A stretch of DNA of 61,037 nucleotides, from positions 1 through 61,037 of the IMG/VR virus record IMGVR_UViG_3300020156_000441. One strand, 5' to 3'. How positions within the stretch are numbered: the first letter of the stretch is position 1; each line of letters begins with the position of its first letter. Source of the DNA: a virus (taxonomy: Duplodnaviria; Caudoviricetes). A model generated the notes under the pieces. The model had not been told where the DNA came from and did no database searches. It saw nothing but the letters and a program-made list of their open reading frames with translations. Made by a program: the position numbers and the translations under genes. Below, piece after piece: positions 1 to 8,647 of this stretch.

Positions 1-291
1 ATGGCGGTGGTGCGCCAGCGTCGCCGCGAGGCGGTTCAGCCAGCCATCCCCGGCAACCTCGGCCGCTTTCAACATCATGCGTCGCCGTGCCGCACCCAGG
101 CGCGCGTCCGCCGCCAATCGCGCGTGATGACGCACGGTTGCGGCGTGCGCCAGCGACTCGGCCCGGCCACGGCCGCCCAGCAGCGCCATTCGCAGGGCCG
201 CCGCCGGCGGCGCGCCGTCGTGGCAGCGTTCAAGGTCGTCCAGCGGAATGGGGAGTAGCGGCGTAGGGCAGGGTGGGACAGCGCGCGTCAT
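1..291 (-). CDS. Hypothetical protein, partial (runs off the window edge)
   Basis: ATG at 291 on the minus strand opens a stop-free frame to position 1 (MTRAVPPCPTPLLPIPLDDLERC...). The shared operator-like motif at 325-340 lies upstream. Confidence 0.35.
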   Translation of the reverse strand, partial: MTRAVPPCPTPLLPIPLDDLERCHDGAPPAAALRMALLGGRGRAESLAHAATVRHHARLAADARLGAARRRMMLKAAEVAGDGWLNRLAATLAHHRH

Positions 292-324
292 GCGGGCAAT
301 GCTGCCCGAGGACACGACTACCTG

Positions 325-340
325 CAAGAATAAAATCCTA
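325..340 (-). promoter_or_regulatory. Putative repressor operator TAGGA-N5-TTCTTG
   Basis: The minus strand reads TAGGATTTTATTCTTG, nearly identical to TAGGACTTTTTTCTTG at 7662-7677 and similar to 1017-1032. Confidence 0.5.
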
Positions 341-348
341 GGACGCCG

Positions 349-981
349 TTACTGGCTGGCCCAGATGATGCGCGCCATCCAGGCGATGTCGTTGCGCGGG
401 ATGACACGGTCGGGGTGGGCGCGGTTGATCGACATCAGCTCGATCCGCGTCGCGGTCTCGCGCGTCAGCTGCTTGGCCATCACCTCGCCGCCCTTGGTGC
501 GCACCACCACGCGGTCGCCGCGGCGGATCTGCGCGGCGGGGGAGACGATGATGGTGTCGCCGTCGCGGTACACCGGCTCCATGCTCTCGCCCGACACCTC
601 CAGCGCATAGGCGTGCGGATCGCCCAGGCTGGGGAACAGCAACTCGTCCCAGCCGGCGCCGGCGGGGTAGCCGGCATCGTCGAAATAGCCGGCGTTGCCG
701 GCCTGGGCATAGCCGATGACCGGCACGCGCTGCATCGGCCCGCCGGCCACGCCGTCGCCCACCAGGCTGACGAACTCCGGCAGCGAGGCGCCGGTCGCGT
801 CCAACACCTTCGAGATGCTCTCGGTCGAGGGCCAGCGCAGCTTGCCGTCGCCGGTGGTGCGCTTGCTCTTGTTGAAGGTCGTGGGATCGAGCCCGGCGCG
901 GCGCGCCAGCCCGGAGGCCGACAGCCCGTGTTGGGCTGCCAGGCGGTCGATCGCCCGCCAGATGTCCGCGTGTTTCAACAT
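349..981 (-). CDS. HTH-S24 peptidase (CI/LexA-type) repressor, resembling the conserved alphaproteobacterial RogA-like family
   Basis: N-terminal HTH (LSASGLARRAGLDPTTFNKSKR), Ala-Gly cleavage site (YAQAG), catalytic Ser (GESMEP) and Lys (VMAKQL). Confidence 0.85.
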   Translation of the reverse strand: MLKHADIWRAIDRLAAQHGLSASGLARRAGLDPTTFNKSKRTTGDGKLRWPSTESISKVLDATGASLPEFVSLVGDGVAGGPMQRVPVIGYAQAGNAGYFDDAGYPAGAGWDELLFPSLGDPHAYALEVSGESMEPVYRDGDTIIVSPAAQIRRGDRVVVRTKGGEVMAKQLTRETATRIELMSINRAHPDRVIPRNDIAWMARIIWASQ

Positions 982-1016
982 GGGACCATAGTCTCAGAAA
1001 CCGACTTCCCTGTCCC

Positions 1017-1073
1017 TAGGAACGTTTTCACAATTCGCTTGACATAGGAATATAAACAGAACATAAGAAGAAC
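1017..1073 (+). promoter_or_regulatory. Promoter of the resident cluster with an operator-like motif and an alphaproteobacterial LexA (SOS) box
   Basis: TAGGAACGTTTTCACA at 1017-1032, TTGACA at 1039-1044, and GAAT-N7-GAAC-N7-GAAC at 1048-1073, which includes an exact GAAC-N7-GAAC at 1059-1073. Confidence 0.65.
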
Positions 1074-1172
1074 ACTTGTTCCACCATGCCGCGTGCCTGC
1101 GGCGGTGATGCCCGCCACGGACGAGCGGGCGCCCGCCACGGTCCGCCGGCAGACGCACGGGAGCCCTTGCCG

Positions 1173-1604
1173 ATGATCCTCGCCCACCCCCGTTCCCGGC
1201 CCAAGCCGGCCGCCCCCACGGCCGCCCCCACGGCCGCCCTCGCCGCCAGCCTCCCCGACAGTCCGGGCGGCGTTCCGTTCGGCAGCGCCGAGGAGGCGTG
1301 GTTCTGGTCCGTCCAGGCGCACGAGGCCAAGGCGGAAGGGGCGCGCGTGACGGCCGGCAAGGGTCTGGTCCCCCGCCCGTGCGAGCCCGGCGACGTGATC
1401 CGCGCCGTGGACCGGCTGTACCGCCAGCGCCGGCTGGTGCGCGACCACCTGCACGTGCTGGTGCACTACGGCCGCCGCCTGATGGCGCCCGACCCCGAGC
1501 GGTTCCGCGAGCAGCGCGCCAGCACCCTGTGGCGCGAGGCGTTCGACCACATCGGCCCGCTGCTGCGCGAGAAGGGCATCGTGCAGGCGGGACTAGCACC
1601 GTGA
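1173..1604 (+). CDS. Conserved hypothetical protein, first gene of the resident cluster (possible regulator)
   Basis: RBS GGGAG and ATG at 1173; non-repetitive globular C-terminal region (PFGSAEEAWFW...RPCEPGDV...LWREAF); overlaps the next gene. Confidence 0.65.
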   Translation: MILAHPRSRPKPAAPTAAPTAALAASLPDSPGGVPFGSAEEAWFWSVQAHEAKAEGARVTAGKGLVPRPCEPGDVIRAVDRLYRQRRLVRDHLHVLVHYGRRLMAPDPERFREQRASTLWREAFDHIGPLLREKGIVQAGLAP

Positions 1605-1993
1605 GCCGTCCCGCCTCGGCGCCGGTCCCGCCGGCCCCGCGCGCCTGGGTGGTGTTCAGCGGCGCGGCCGAGCTGTGGTGGCTGCGGCTGCTGCGGCCGG
1701 GCTTCCGCCATTGCTTCGTGGCGCTCGACGACGGGCGGCACTGGGTGGTGGTGGACCCGCTGGCGCCCTTCACCGACGTCGCCGTGCTGGGCGTACCGGC
1801 CGGCTGGGACGTGCCGGGCTGGTTCCGCTCGCTCGGCATGACGGTGGTCGCCGCCCCGGTGCGCCGCGGCCTGACGCGCCCCGCCCCCTGGGGCCCCTTC
1901 ACCTGCGTGGAGGCGGTCAAGCGCGTGCTGGGCCTGCACGCCCCCTTCGTGCTGACGCCCTGGCAGCTGTACCGCCGCCTGGGCGGCGCCTGA
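1601..1993 (+). CDS. Putative permuted papain-like (NlpC/P60 superfamily) peptidase/amidase
   Basis: His (FRHCF) precedes Cys (FTCVE), with a C-terminal TPWQL; GTG start overlaps the upstream stop. Confidence 0.55.
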   Translation: MSRPASAPVPPAPRAWVVFSGAAELWWLRLLRPGFRHCFVALDDGRHWVVVDPLAPFTDVAVLGVPAGWDVPGWFRSLGMTVVAAPVRRGLTRPAPWGPFTCVEAVKRVLGLHAPFVLTPWQLYRRLGGA

Positions 1994-2024
1994 CCCGTCT
2001 CCCCGTTTCTTCGGAGGTCCGTCC

Positions 2025-2480
2025 ATGGCCAACCTCTTCTCCGCCCCGAAGCCGCCGACGCCCGCCCCCGCGCCGGCTCCCGCCCCGGCACCGCCCCCGG
2101 CGCCGCCCCCGGCACCAGTTGTGGTCGAAACGCCGCCTCCGCCTCCGGCGCCCACCCCGCCGCCGGCCCCGCCGCCAGCGCCGGTCGTCGAACCGGCGCC
2201 GGTGGTGACGCCGTCGCCGCCGCAATGGGACCCGCCCTGGTGGGTGACCAACCCGCCGCCCCCGCCGTCCTACACGCCGGCTCCGGCACCCGCTCCGGCC
2301 CCTGCGCCAGCGCCGGTGCAGCAGCCGCCCGCCGAGCCGGACCAGGACCCGGAGGCGGTGGCCGAGAAGGCCATGCAGCGCCGCACGCGCAGCCGCGCCG
2401 GGACGGTGCGCACCTCCTGGCGCGGCGTGCTCGACACCAACGCGCTGGCGCCCGCGCGCAAGCGCCTCCTGGGGGAGTGA
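2025..2480 (+). CDS. Proline-rich small virion-associated protein preceding the portal
   Basis: RBS GGAGG, PA/PP-rich linker, C-terminal RKRLLGE typical of pre-portal genes in podoviruses. Confidence 0.6.
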   Translation: MANLFSAPKPPTPAPAPAPAPAPPPAPPPAPVVVETPPPPPAPTPPPAPPPAPVVEPAPVVTPSPPQWDPPWWVTNPPPPPSYTPAPAPAPAPAPAPVQQPPAEPDQDPEAVAEKAMQRRTRSRAGTVRTSWRGVLDTNALAPARKRLLGE

Positions 2481-2484
2481 CGCC

Positions 2485-4002
2485 GTGACCGCCGCGAAGA
2501 AGACCCAACCGGAACCGGCCCTCCTCCTCGAACGCTACAACGCCGCGCGCCAGCGCCGGTCGGTGTGGGAGAACCATTGGCAGGACTGCTACGACTACGC
2601 CCTGCCCAACGGCCGGCCGTTCCTGCACGCCGCCCGCCCCGGCGAGCGCCGCGTCGACCGGCTGTTCGACGGCACCGCGCCCGACGCGGTGGAGCAGCTG
2701 GCTGCCAGCCTGCTGGCGCAGCTCACCCCGCCGTGGTCCAGCTGGTTCGCGCTGGTCCCCGGCCCCGACCTGTCGGACGCCGAGCGCGACCGCGTCGCCC
2801 CCATGCTCGACCGCGCCACGGCCATCGCCCAGGCGCACTTCGACCGCTCCAACTATGCCGTGGAGGCGCACCAGGCCTTCCTCGACCTCGCCACCGTCGG
2901 CACCGCCTGCCTGCTGATGGAGGAGTCCGCTCCCGGGGAGGCGTCCAGCTTCCGCTTCACCGCCGTGCCGCTGGCCGAGGCGGTGCTGGAGGAGGGGCCG
3001 GAGGGCCGCCTGGACGGCACCTACCGCCGCAGCGAGCGCACGCTGGCCCAGATCGTCCGGCGTTTTGCCGCCGCCGAGATCCCGGAGGAGGTGCGCCGCC
3101 GCGCGCAGGAGGACCCCGACGCCCGCTTCGCCGTGGTCGAGGCGGTGCTGCCGGAGGGCACCGCCTACCGCTGGACGGTGGTGCTGGACAGCGGCATCGC
3201 CGAACCGGTTCTGCTGGCCGAGGGACGCTTCGCCCAATCCCCGTTCATCAGCTTCCGCTGGCTGAAGGCGCCGGGCGAGGTCTACGGCCGCTCCCCCGTC
3301 ATGAAGGCGCTGCCGGACATCAAGACGGCGAACAAGGTGGTCGAACTCGTGCTGAAGAACGCCTCCATCGCCGTCACCGGCATCTGGCAGGCGGACGACG
3401 ACGGCGTGCTGAACCCGGCCAGCATCCGCCTCGTTCCCGGCACCATCATCCCGAAGGCGGTGGGCTCGGCCGGGCTGACGCCGCTGGCCGCCCCCGGCCG
3501 GTTCGACGTCTCCCAACTCGTGCTCGACGACCTGCGCGCGCGCATCCGCCACGCGCTCATGGCCGACCGCCTCGCCCCCATCGCCGAAGGGCGCATGACG
3601 GCGACCGAGGTGCTGGAGCGCTCGGCCGAGATGGCGCGCCTGCTGGGCGCCACCTACGGCCGGCTGCAGGCGGAGCTGCTGACCCCGCTGGTGCTGCGCG
3701 GCGTGGCCATCCTGCGCCGGCGCGGCGAGATCCCCGACGTGATGGTCGACGGCCGGCTGGTGCAGCTCCAGCACCGCTCGCCGCTGGCCCAGGCGCAGGC
3801 GCAGCGCGATGCCCAGGCGACGCTGCGCTGGCTGGAGGCGGCGCAGGCGCTCGGCCCCTCGGCGCTGGCCACGGTGGACGCCGCCGCGACATCCCGCTGG
3901 CTGGCCGAGGCGTTCGGCGTCCCGGCCAAGCTGGTGCGCAGCGCCGCCCCGCCGCCACCCTCGCCACCACCACCGGTGCCGGCGGAGGTGCCGCATGGCT
4001 GA
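2485..4002 (+). CDS. Podovirus-type portal (head-tail connector) protein
   Basis: Motifs WENHWQDCYDYALP, FDGTA, FLDLATVGTA, RW...GEVYGRSP and MTATEVLER; 505 aa. Confidence 0.9.
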   Translation: MTAAKKTQPEPALLLERYNAARQRRSVWENHWQDCYDYALPNGRPFLHAARPGERRVDRLFDGTAPDAVEQLAASLLAQLTPPWSSWFALVPGPDLSDAERDRVAPMLDRATAIAQAHFDRSNYAVEAHQAFLDLATVGTACLLMEESAPGEASSFRFTAVPLAEAVLEEGPEGRLDGTYRRSERTLAQIVRRFAAAEIPEEVRRRAQEDPDARFAVVEAVLPEGTAYRWTVVLDSGIAEPVLLAEGRFAQSPFISFRWLKAPGEVYGRSPVMKALPDIKTANKVVELVLKNASIAVTGIWQADDDGVLNPASIRLVPGTIIPKAVGSAGLTPLAAPGRFDVSQLVLDDLRARIRHALMADRLAPIAEGRMTATEVLERSAEMARLLGATYGRLQAELLTPLVLRGVAILRRRGEIPDVMVDGRLVQLQHRSPLAQAQAQRDAQATLRWLEAAQALGPSALATVDAAATSRWLAEAFGVPAKLVRSAAPPPPSPPPPVPAEVPHG

Positions 4003-4258
4003 CGCCGCCGGCTGGGACTGGTTCGCCGATCCCGCAAACCCCAACCCGACGGACGACCCGGCGCCCAGCTTCGCCCGCTGCTTCGCCGGCCCGGACGGGG
4101 AGCGCGTGCTGGCCGTGCTGCGCGCCATGACGCTGGGCCGCACGCTGGGCCCCGACGTGCCGGAGGCGGCGCTGCGCCACCTGGAGGGCCAGCGCGCCCT
4201 CGTCGCCACCATCCTCGCCCTGGCCGCGCGCGGCCGGGGGACCTCCACCTCACCCTGA
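3995..4258 (+). CDS. Bbp19-like phage protein
   Basis: F...DGERVL..L and EGQR motifs; located between portal and scaffold. Confidence 0.7.
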   Translation: MADAAGWDWFADPANPNPTDDPAPSFARCFAGPDGERVLAVLRAMTLGRTLGPDVPEAALRHLEGQRALVATILALAARGRGTSTSP

Positions 4259-4279
4259 CCCCTGCTTGGGAGAACCGCC

Positions 4280-5011
4280 ATGGCCGAAAACCTGCTGACC
4301 GCCACCATGCCCGAGGGCTTACCCGCCGCCCCGCCGACGGACCCGTCGTTATCCGGCGCCCGCCCGCCGCTGCTGCCCGAGAAGTTCTGGGACGCGCAGG
4401 CCGGCGCCGTGCGCGTCGACGCGCTGCTGAAATCCTACCTGGAGCTGGAACGCCGGCTGGCGGCGGGCGTCGACCCGGCGCGCATCAACAGCCTGCTCGG
4501 CGTGCCGGACAACCCGGACGGCTACTGCATCGCCTGCGACCACGGCATGTTCACGCCGGATCCGGCGATCAACGCCCGCCTGCACGGCGCCGGCTTCTCG
4601 CCGCAGCAGGCGCAGCTGGTCTACGACCTTGCGGCGGAGCACCTGATGCCGCTGATCCAGCAGCTGGCCGCCGAGTTCCAGGCCGAGCGCGAGGTCGAAC
4701 GTCTGGTCGAGCATTTCGGCGGCGAGGCCAAATGGCGGGAGGTGTCGCGCCAGCTGCTCGCCTGGGCGGCCAAGAACCTGCCGGCGGCGGCGGTCGAGGG
4801 CCTGTCGACCACCTATGAAGGGGTGATGGCGCTTCACCGGATGATGACCGGCGGCGAACCCTCGGCCCTGGAGCGCGGCGAGCCCGCCGCCGCGGCGGGC
4901 GAGGGCGACCTGCACGCCCTGATGCGCGACCCCCGCTACTGGCGCGACCGCGACCCCGCCACCGTCGCCAAGGTGACCGAGGGCTTCCAGCGCCTGTATC
5001 CGGGGGCGTGA
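4280..5011 (+). CDS. Capsid assembly (scaffolding) protein
   Basis: RP..LPEKFW, KSYLELE and C-terminal LMRDPRYW motifs; position between portal and capsid. Confidence 0.75.
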   Translation: MAENLLTATMPEGLPAAPPTDPSLSGARPPLLPEKFWDAQAGAVRVDALLKSYLELERRLAAGVDPARINSLLGVPDNPDGYCIACDHGMFTPDPAINARLHGAGFSPQQAQLVYDLAAEHLMPLIQQLAAEFQAEREVERLVEHFGGEAKWREVSRQLLAWAAKNLPAAAVEGLSTTYEGVMALHRMMTGGEPSALERGEPAAAAGEGDLHALMRDPRYWRDRDPATVAKVTEGFQRLYPGA

Positions 5012-5017
5012 TATTGT

Positions 5018-5049
5018 CTCCCTCCCCCGCCTCCGGCGGGGGAGGGGCA
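5018..5049. repeat. Short GC palindrome (remnant of an intergenic repeat, or terminator)
   Basis: CCCCTCCCCCGCC...GGCGGGGGAGGGG, related to the outer arms of the repeats at about 52260 and 55816. Confidence 0.5.
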
Positions 5050-5210
5050 TCAGCTTCCCTTCGATTGATAATGATCGCGAGCCGCAACGAAAAGGCGCAA
5101 GAATCCGCGCCGCGACGCCGAAAAAGATGTTGCATCCCTGTAATGAAATCGTCAGTTTGATTACGGAAACATAACCCGGCCCGCTGCTTCCCCGCGCGGC
5201 CGGAAGGGAC

Positions 5211-7538
5211 GTGCGGCAGGGCATGACACTGCGTCGGAAGATCCGCTGGCTGACCATCATCGGCCTGCTCGGCTGCCTGTTGGCGGCCATTCCGGCGTTG
5301 TACCTCCTGCGCCAGGGCATGATCGGCGAGCGCGAGCGGCTGGCCGCCGGGCTGGTCGAGTCCGCGCAGTCCATGCTGGCCAGCCTGAACGGCGCCGTCC
5401 AGCGTGGCGAGCTGTCGGTCAGCGACGCCCGCGCCCGCGCCACCCTGGCCGTGCAGGGGCTGGGCGGCGACGTCTTCCGCCTGACCGTCTTCACCGATGG
5501 GCAGGCGCCCGCCGGCTGGCCCGAGAGCGGCCGGGCCGTCGTCGCCACCGGCCGGTTCGAGCCGTGGGGCTGGACCATCGGCGCCGCCTTCGGCACCGCC
5601 GACCTGGACCGCGAGTTCACCCGCAACGTGCTGGCCTTCGGCGGCTTCCTGGCGCTGCTGCTGGTGCTGTCCTGGCCGCTGTCGGCCTTTTTGTCGGAAC
5701 ACGTGCTTGGGCCGCTGGAGGCGCTGTCGTCGCGCATGGCGCGCCTCACCCAGGGGCGCACGGACATCGACATCCCCGGCCAGGACCGCACCGACGAGTT
5801 CGGCGCCATGGCCCGCGCGCTGGAGTACTTCCGCCGCGCCGCCGGCGCCATCATCGAGCGCGACGAGCGGCTGTCCGGCATCATGCGCAACGTCGGCGAG
5901 GCGATCGTCCTGGTCGGCGAGGACGGCGCCATCGCCGAGCACAACCCGGCCGCCGAGTCGCTGTTCGGCCTCGCCGGCCCGGAGCTGGTCGGCCATGGTT
6001 TCGCCGCCCTGTTTGCCGAGGAGGACCGCGGCCGGGTCGAGGCCATGTTCGAGACGCGCCGGGCCAACGCGTCGGGCGGCAAGGCGGTGCGCGCCGAAGG
6101 GCTGGGCATTGAGCGCCCCGGCCAGCCGCGGGCGGAGGTGTCGCTGTCGCTGTCCGGCCTGCCGCTGGGCGGGCGGCACCACTACATCGCCGTGCTGGCC
6201 GACATCACCGAACGGCTGGAGCACGAGCGCGAGCTGCTGCGTCTCGCCACCCGCGACCGGCTGACCGGCCTGCCCAACCGCGCGCTCATCGAGTCGCTGG
6301 TGGAAAGCGCCGTCGAGCGGGCGCGCCGCCACAACCGGCGTTTCGCCGTGCTGTGCATGGACCTGTCGCGCTTCAAGCTGATCACCGACACGCTGGGCCA
6401 CCACGCGGGCGACGCCCTGCTGCTGGAGGTCGCCAAGCGCGTGCAGGCCACCGTGCGCACGGCCGACACGGTGGGCCGCATCGGCTCCGACGACTTCGCC
6501 ATCCTGCTGGAGGAGGTCGCGGATGGCGAGGAGTCCGCCGCCGTGGCCCAGCGCATCCTCACCGCCTTCGACACCCCGGTGGAACTGCTGGGGACCGAGC
6601 ACTACGTGCGCCCCTCCATCGGCATCGCGCTGTTCCCCGATCATGCCGACGACGTGCACGAGCTGATCCGCGCCGCCGACACCGCGCTGTACGCCGCCAA
6701 GCGCATGGGCGGCCGGCGCCACGCCTTCTTCCAGAAGGAGATGGCCGACCAGGCGCGCCGCCACCTGGCGCTGGACCGCGACCTGCGCGCCGCGCTCGCG
6801 GCCGGCGAATACCGGCTGCACTACCAGCCCAAGGTCTCCCTGGTCGACTTCGCGCTGGAGGGGTTCGAGGCACTGCTGCGCTGGGAACGGCCCGGCCACG
6901 GCATGGTCCCGCCCGGCGAGTTCATCCCGGTGGCCGAGGAAACCGGCTTCATCGTGCCGCTGGGCGACTGGGTGCTGGAGGAAGCCTGCCGGCAGATGCG
7001 CGAGTGGATCGATCAGGGCATGGAGCCGGTGCCGGTGGCCGTCAACATCTCGCCCCGGCAGCTGCGCCAGCGCTCCAGCGAAGACTTCCTGCGCGTCATG
7101 GCGAAGTATGCGCTCACCCCAGACCTGATCGAGCTGGAGATCACCGAGGGTGCGGTGATGCAGGACCTGGAGCACGCGCTGACCGTGCTGGAGGAGTTGA
7201 AGGCGGCCGGCGTGCGCGTGGCGGTGGATGATTTCGGCACCGGCCATTCCAGCTTGAGCTACCTGAAGCGGCTGCCGATCACGACGCTGAAGATCGACCG
7301 CTCCTTCGTCGGCGGCGTTCCGCGCGAACGCGAGGACGCCGGCATCGTCTCCACCATCATCTCCATGGCCGACCTCCTGGGCCTGACCGTGGTGGCCGAG
7401 GGGGTGGAGCGGCCGGAACAGGCGCACTTCCTGCGCCACCACAACTGCCTCGTCGTCCAGGGCTGGCTGACCGGCCGCCCGGTCCCCGCCGCCGAGGCCG
7501 CCGGCCTGCTGGAACAGCGCCTGAAGCAGCGCGCGTGA
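5211..7538 (+). CDS. Membrane-bound HAMP-PAS-GGDEF-EAL c-di-GMP signalling protein
   Basis: Two TM segments, HAMP (DRTDEFGAMARAL), PAS, D.LTGLPNR, variant GSDDF motif, EALLRW and DDFGTGHSS. Confidence 0.92.
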   Translation: MRQGMTLRRKIRWLTIIGLLGCLLAAIPALYLLRQGMIGERERLAAGLVESAQSMLASLNGAVQRGELSVSDARARATLAVQGLGGDVFRLTVFTDGQAPAGWPESGRAVVATGRFEPWGWTIGAAFGTADLDREFTRNVLAFGGFLALLLVLSWPLSAFLSEHVLGPLEALSSRMARLTQGRTDIDIPGQDRTDEFGAMARALEYFRRAAGAIIERDERLSGIMRNVGEAIVLVGEDGAIAEHNPAAESLFGLAGPELVGHGFAALFAEEDRGRVEAMFETRRANASGGKAVRAEGLGIERPGQPRAEVSLSLSGLPLGGRHHYIAVLADITERLEHERELLRLATRDRLTGLPNRALIESLVESAVERARRHNRRFAVLCMDLSRFKLITDTLGHHAGDALLLEVAKRVQATVRTADTVGRIGSDDFAILLEEVADGEESAAVAQRILTAFDTPVELLGTEHYVRPSIGIALFPDHADDVHELIRAADTALYAAKRMGGRRHAFFQKEMADQARRHLALDRDLRAALAAGEYRLHYQPKVSLVDFALEGFEALLRWERPGHGMVPPGEFIPVAEETGFIVPLGDWVLEEACRQMREWIDQGMEPVPVAVNISPRQLRQRSSEDFLRVMAKYALTPDLIELEITEGAVMQDLEHALTVLEELKAAGVRVAVDDFGTGHSSLSYLKRLPITTLKIDRSFVGGVPREREDAGIVSTIISMADLLGLTVVAEGVERPEQAHFLRHHNCLVVQGWLTGRPVPAAEAAGLLEQRLKQRA

Positions 7539-7552
7539 CGGCGCGTTCTCGA

Positions 7553-7629
7553 CGTTGGGTTTTCGCTGGCGCTCAGCCCAACCTACGGCTGCATTGTAGG
7601 TTGGGCTGAGCGCCAGCAAAAACCCAACG
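7553..7629. repeat. GTAG-type REP-like inverted pair (long hairpin)
   Basis: CGTTGGGTTTTCGCTGGCGCTCAGCCCAACCTAC followed by its near-perfect reverse complement GTAGGTTGGGCTGAGCGCCAGCAAAAACCCAACG. Confidence 0.8.
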
Positions 7630-7661
7630 CCCGCATCCGCACGTGCGCATACGTTTGAATG

Positions 7662-7703
7662 TAGGACTTTTTTCTTGACAGGGCCCGTCTCCTGTCCTAC
7701 AAC
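7662..7703 (+). promoter_or_regulatory. Sigma70-type promoter of the resident capsid operon with an overlapping operator-like motif
   Basis: TTGACA (7675-7680), 17-bp spacer, TACAAC (7698-7703); TAGGACTTTTTTCTTG overlaps the -35 element. Confidence 0.65.
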
Positions 7704-7778
7704 TTTCCTTGTCAACGCCCGTCGTGTGTCTCCCCTCCACGGCGGGTTCTGACGCTTCCACTCCTGCATGCCTAGCCT

Positions 7779-7827
7779 GGAAAGGGCTGGCCGGACAACC
7801 GAAAGGCCCGGCCAGCCCTTTCCTTTT
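7779..7827 (+). terminator. Leader hairpin/attenuator upstream of the capsid gene
   Basis: Perfect 16-bp stem GGAAAGGGCTGGCCGG / CCGGCCAGCCCTTTCC followed by TTTT. Confidence 0.55.
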
Positions 7828-7933
7828 GTGCGCTCGCCCACGGCCGGACGCGCCGGATCCATCGCGCCCGACAACCGGATGGCGGATCGCGCTCCCCGAT
7901 CCCTCTTCGGCTTTTCAAAAGGAGCACAATCCT

Positions 7934-8611
7934 ATGTCCACCACCGTGGCCAACGCCTTCGTCAAACAGTTCGAGCGCGAGGTGCACGAGGCCTTCCAGC
8001 GCATGGGTTCCAAGCTGCGCAACACGGTCCGTGCCAAGAACAACGTCCAGGGCGCCTCCACCGTCTTCCAGAAGGTCGGCAAGGGCACCGCCTCCACCAA
8101 GGCGCGGCACGGCCAGGTGCCGGTGATGAACGTCGAGCACGAGCCGGTGGAGTGCCTGCTGGCCGACTATTACGCCGGCGACTGGGTCGACAAGCTGGAC
8201 GAGCTGAAGACCAACATCGACGAGCGGCAGGTGATCGCCAACGCCGGCGCCTACGCGCTGGGCCGCAAGACGGACGAGCTGATCATCCTGGAACTCGACA
8301 AGTCCGCCAACCACGCCGGGGCCGCCACCGACGGCCTGACCAAGAGCAAGGTCCTGGAGGCGTTCGAGAAGATGGGCAACGCCGACGTGCCCGACGACGG
8401 CCAGCGCTACGCCGTGGTCGGCTGGAAACAGTGGAGCCAGCTGCTGGGCATCGACGAGTTCGCCAACTCCGACTACGTCGGCGCGGACGAGCTGCCCTGG
8501 CGCGGCACCCAGGCCAAGCGCTGGCTGGGCACGCTGTGGGTCCCGCATTCCGGCCTGACGCTGAAGGACGGCGCGCGCCTGTGCCACTGGAAGGCATCGG
8601 CATTGAAATAA
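7934..8611 (+). pseudogene. Major capsid protein of the resident cluster, 5' part (219 codons, then a phage-derived KASALK-stop)
   Basis: RBS AGGAG; FVKQFEREVHEAFQRMGSKLR and AYALGRKTDELI motifs. The frame is cut at attL and continues at 51777. Confidence 0.88.
8583..8590 (+). other. attL core GCCACTGG
   Basis: Exact direct repeat of 51769-51776, located where capsid-like sequence stops. Confidence 0.88.
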
Positions 8612-8625
8612 AAGGCGATTTCAGC

Positions 8626-8647
8626 CGTTTTGCAGCGTTTTGCAGAA
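8626..8647 (+). repeat. Putative integrase arm-type sites (left)
   Basis: CGTTTTGCAG twice then AA; reverse complement of the repeats at 51708-51730. Confidence 0.7.

Noticed and set aside
994-7874. Very long minus-strand ORFs (994-4308, 4569-7874, 4349-6109) and similar ones elsewhere
   Set aside because: Antisense shadows of real GC-rich genes, with no motifs and low-complexity R/G/A composition.
7709-8611. 300-aa ORF as a complete capsid gene
   Set aside because: The real start is the ATG at 7934 with an RBS, and the last six residues are phage-derived. The true C-terminus is at 51777-51935.
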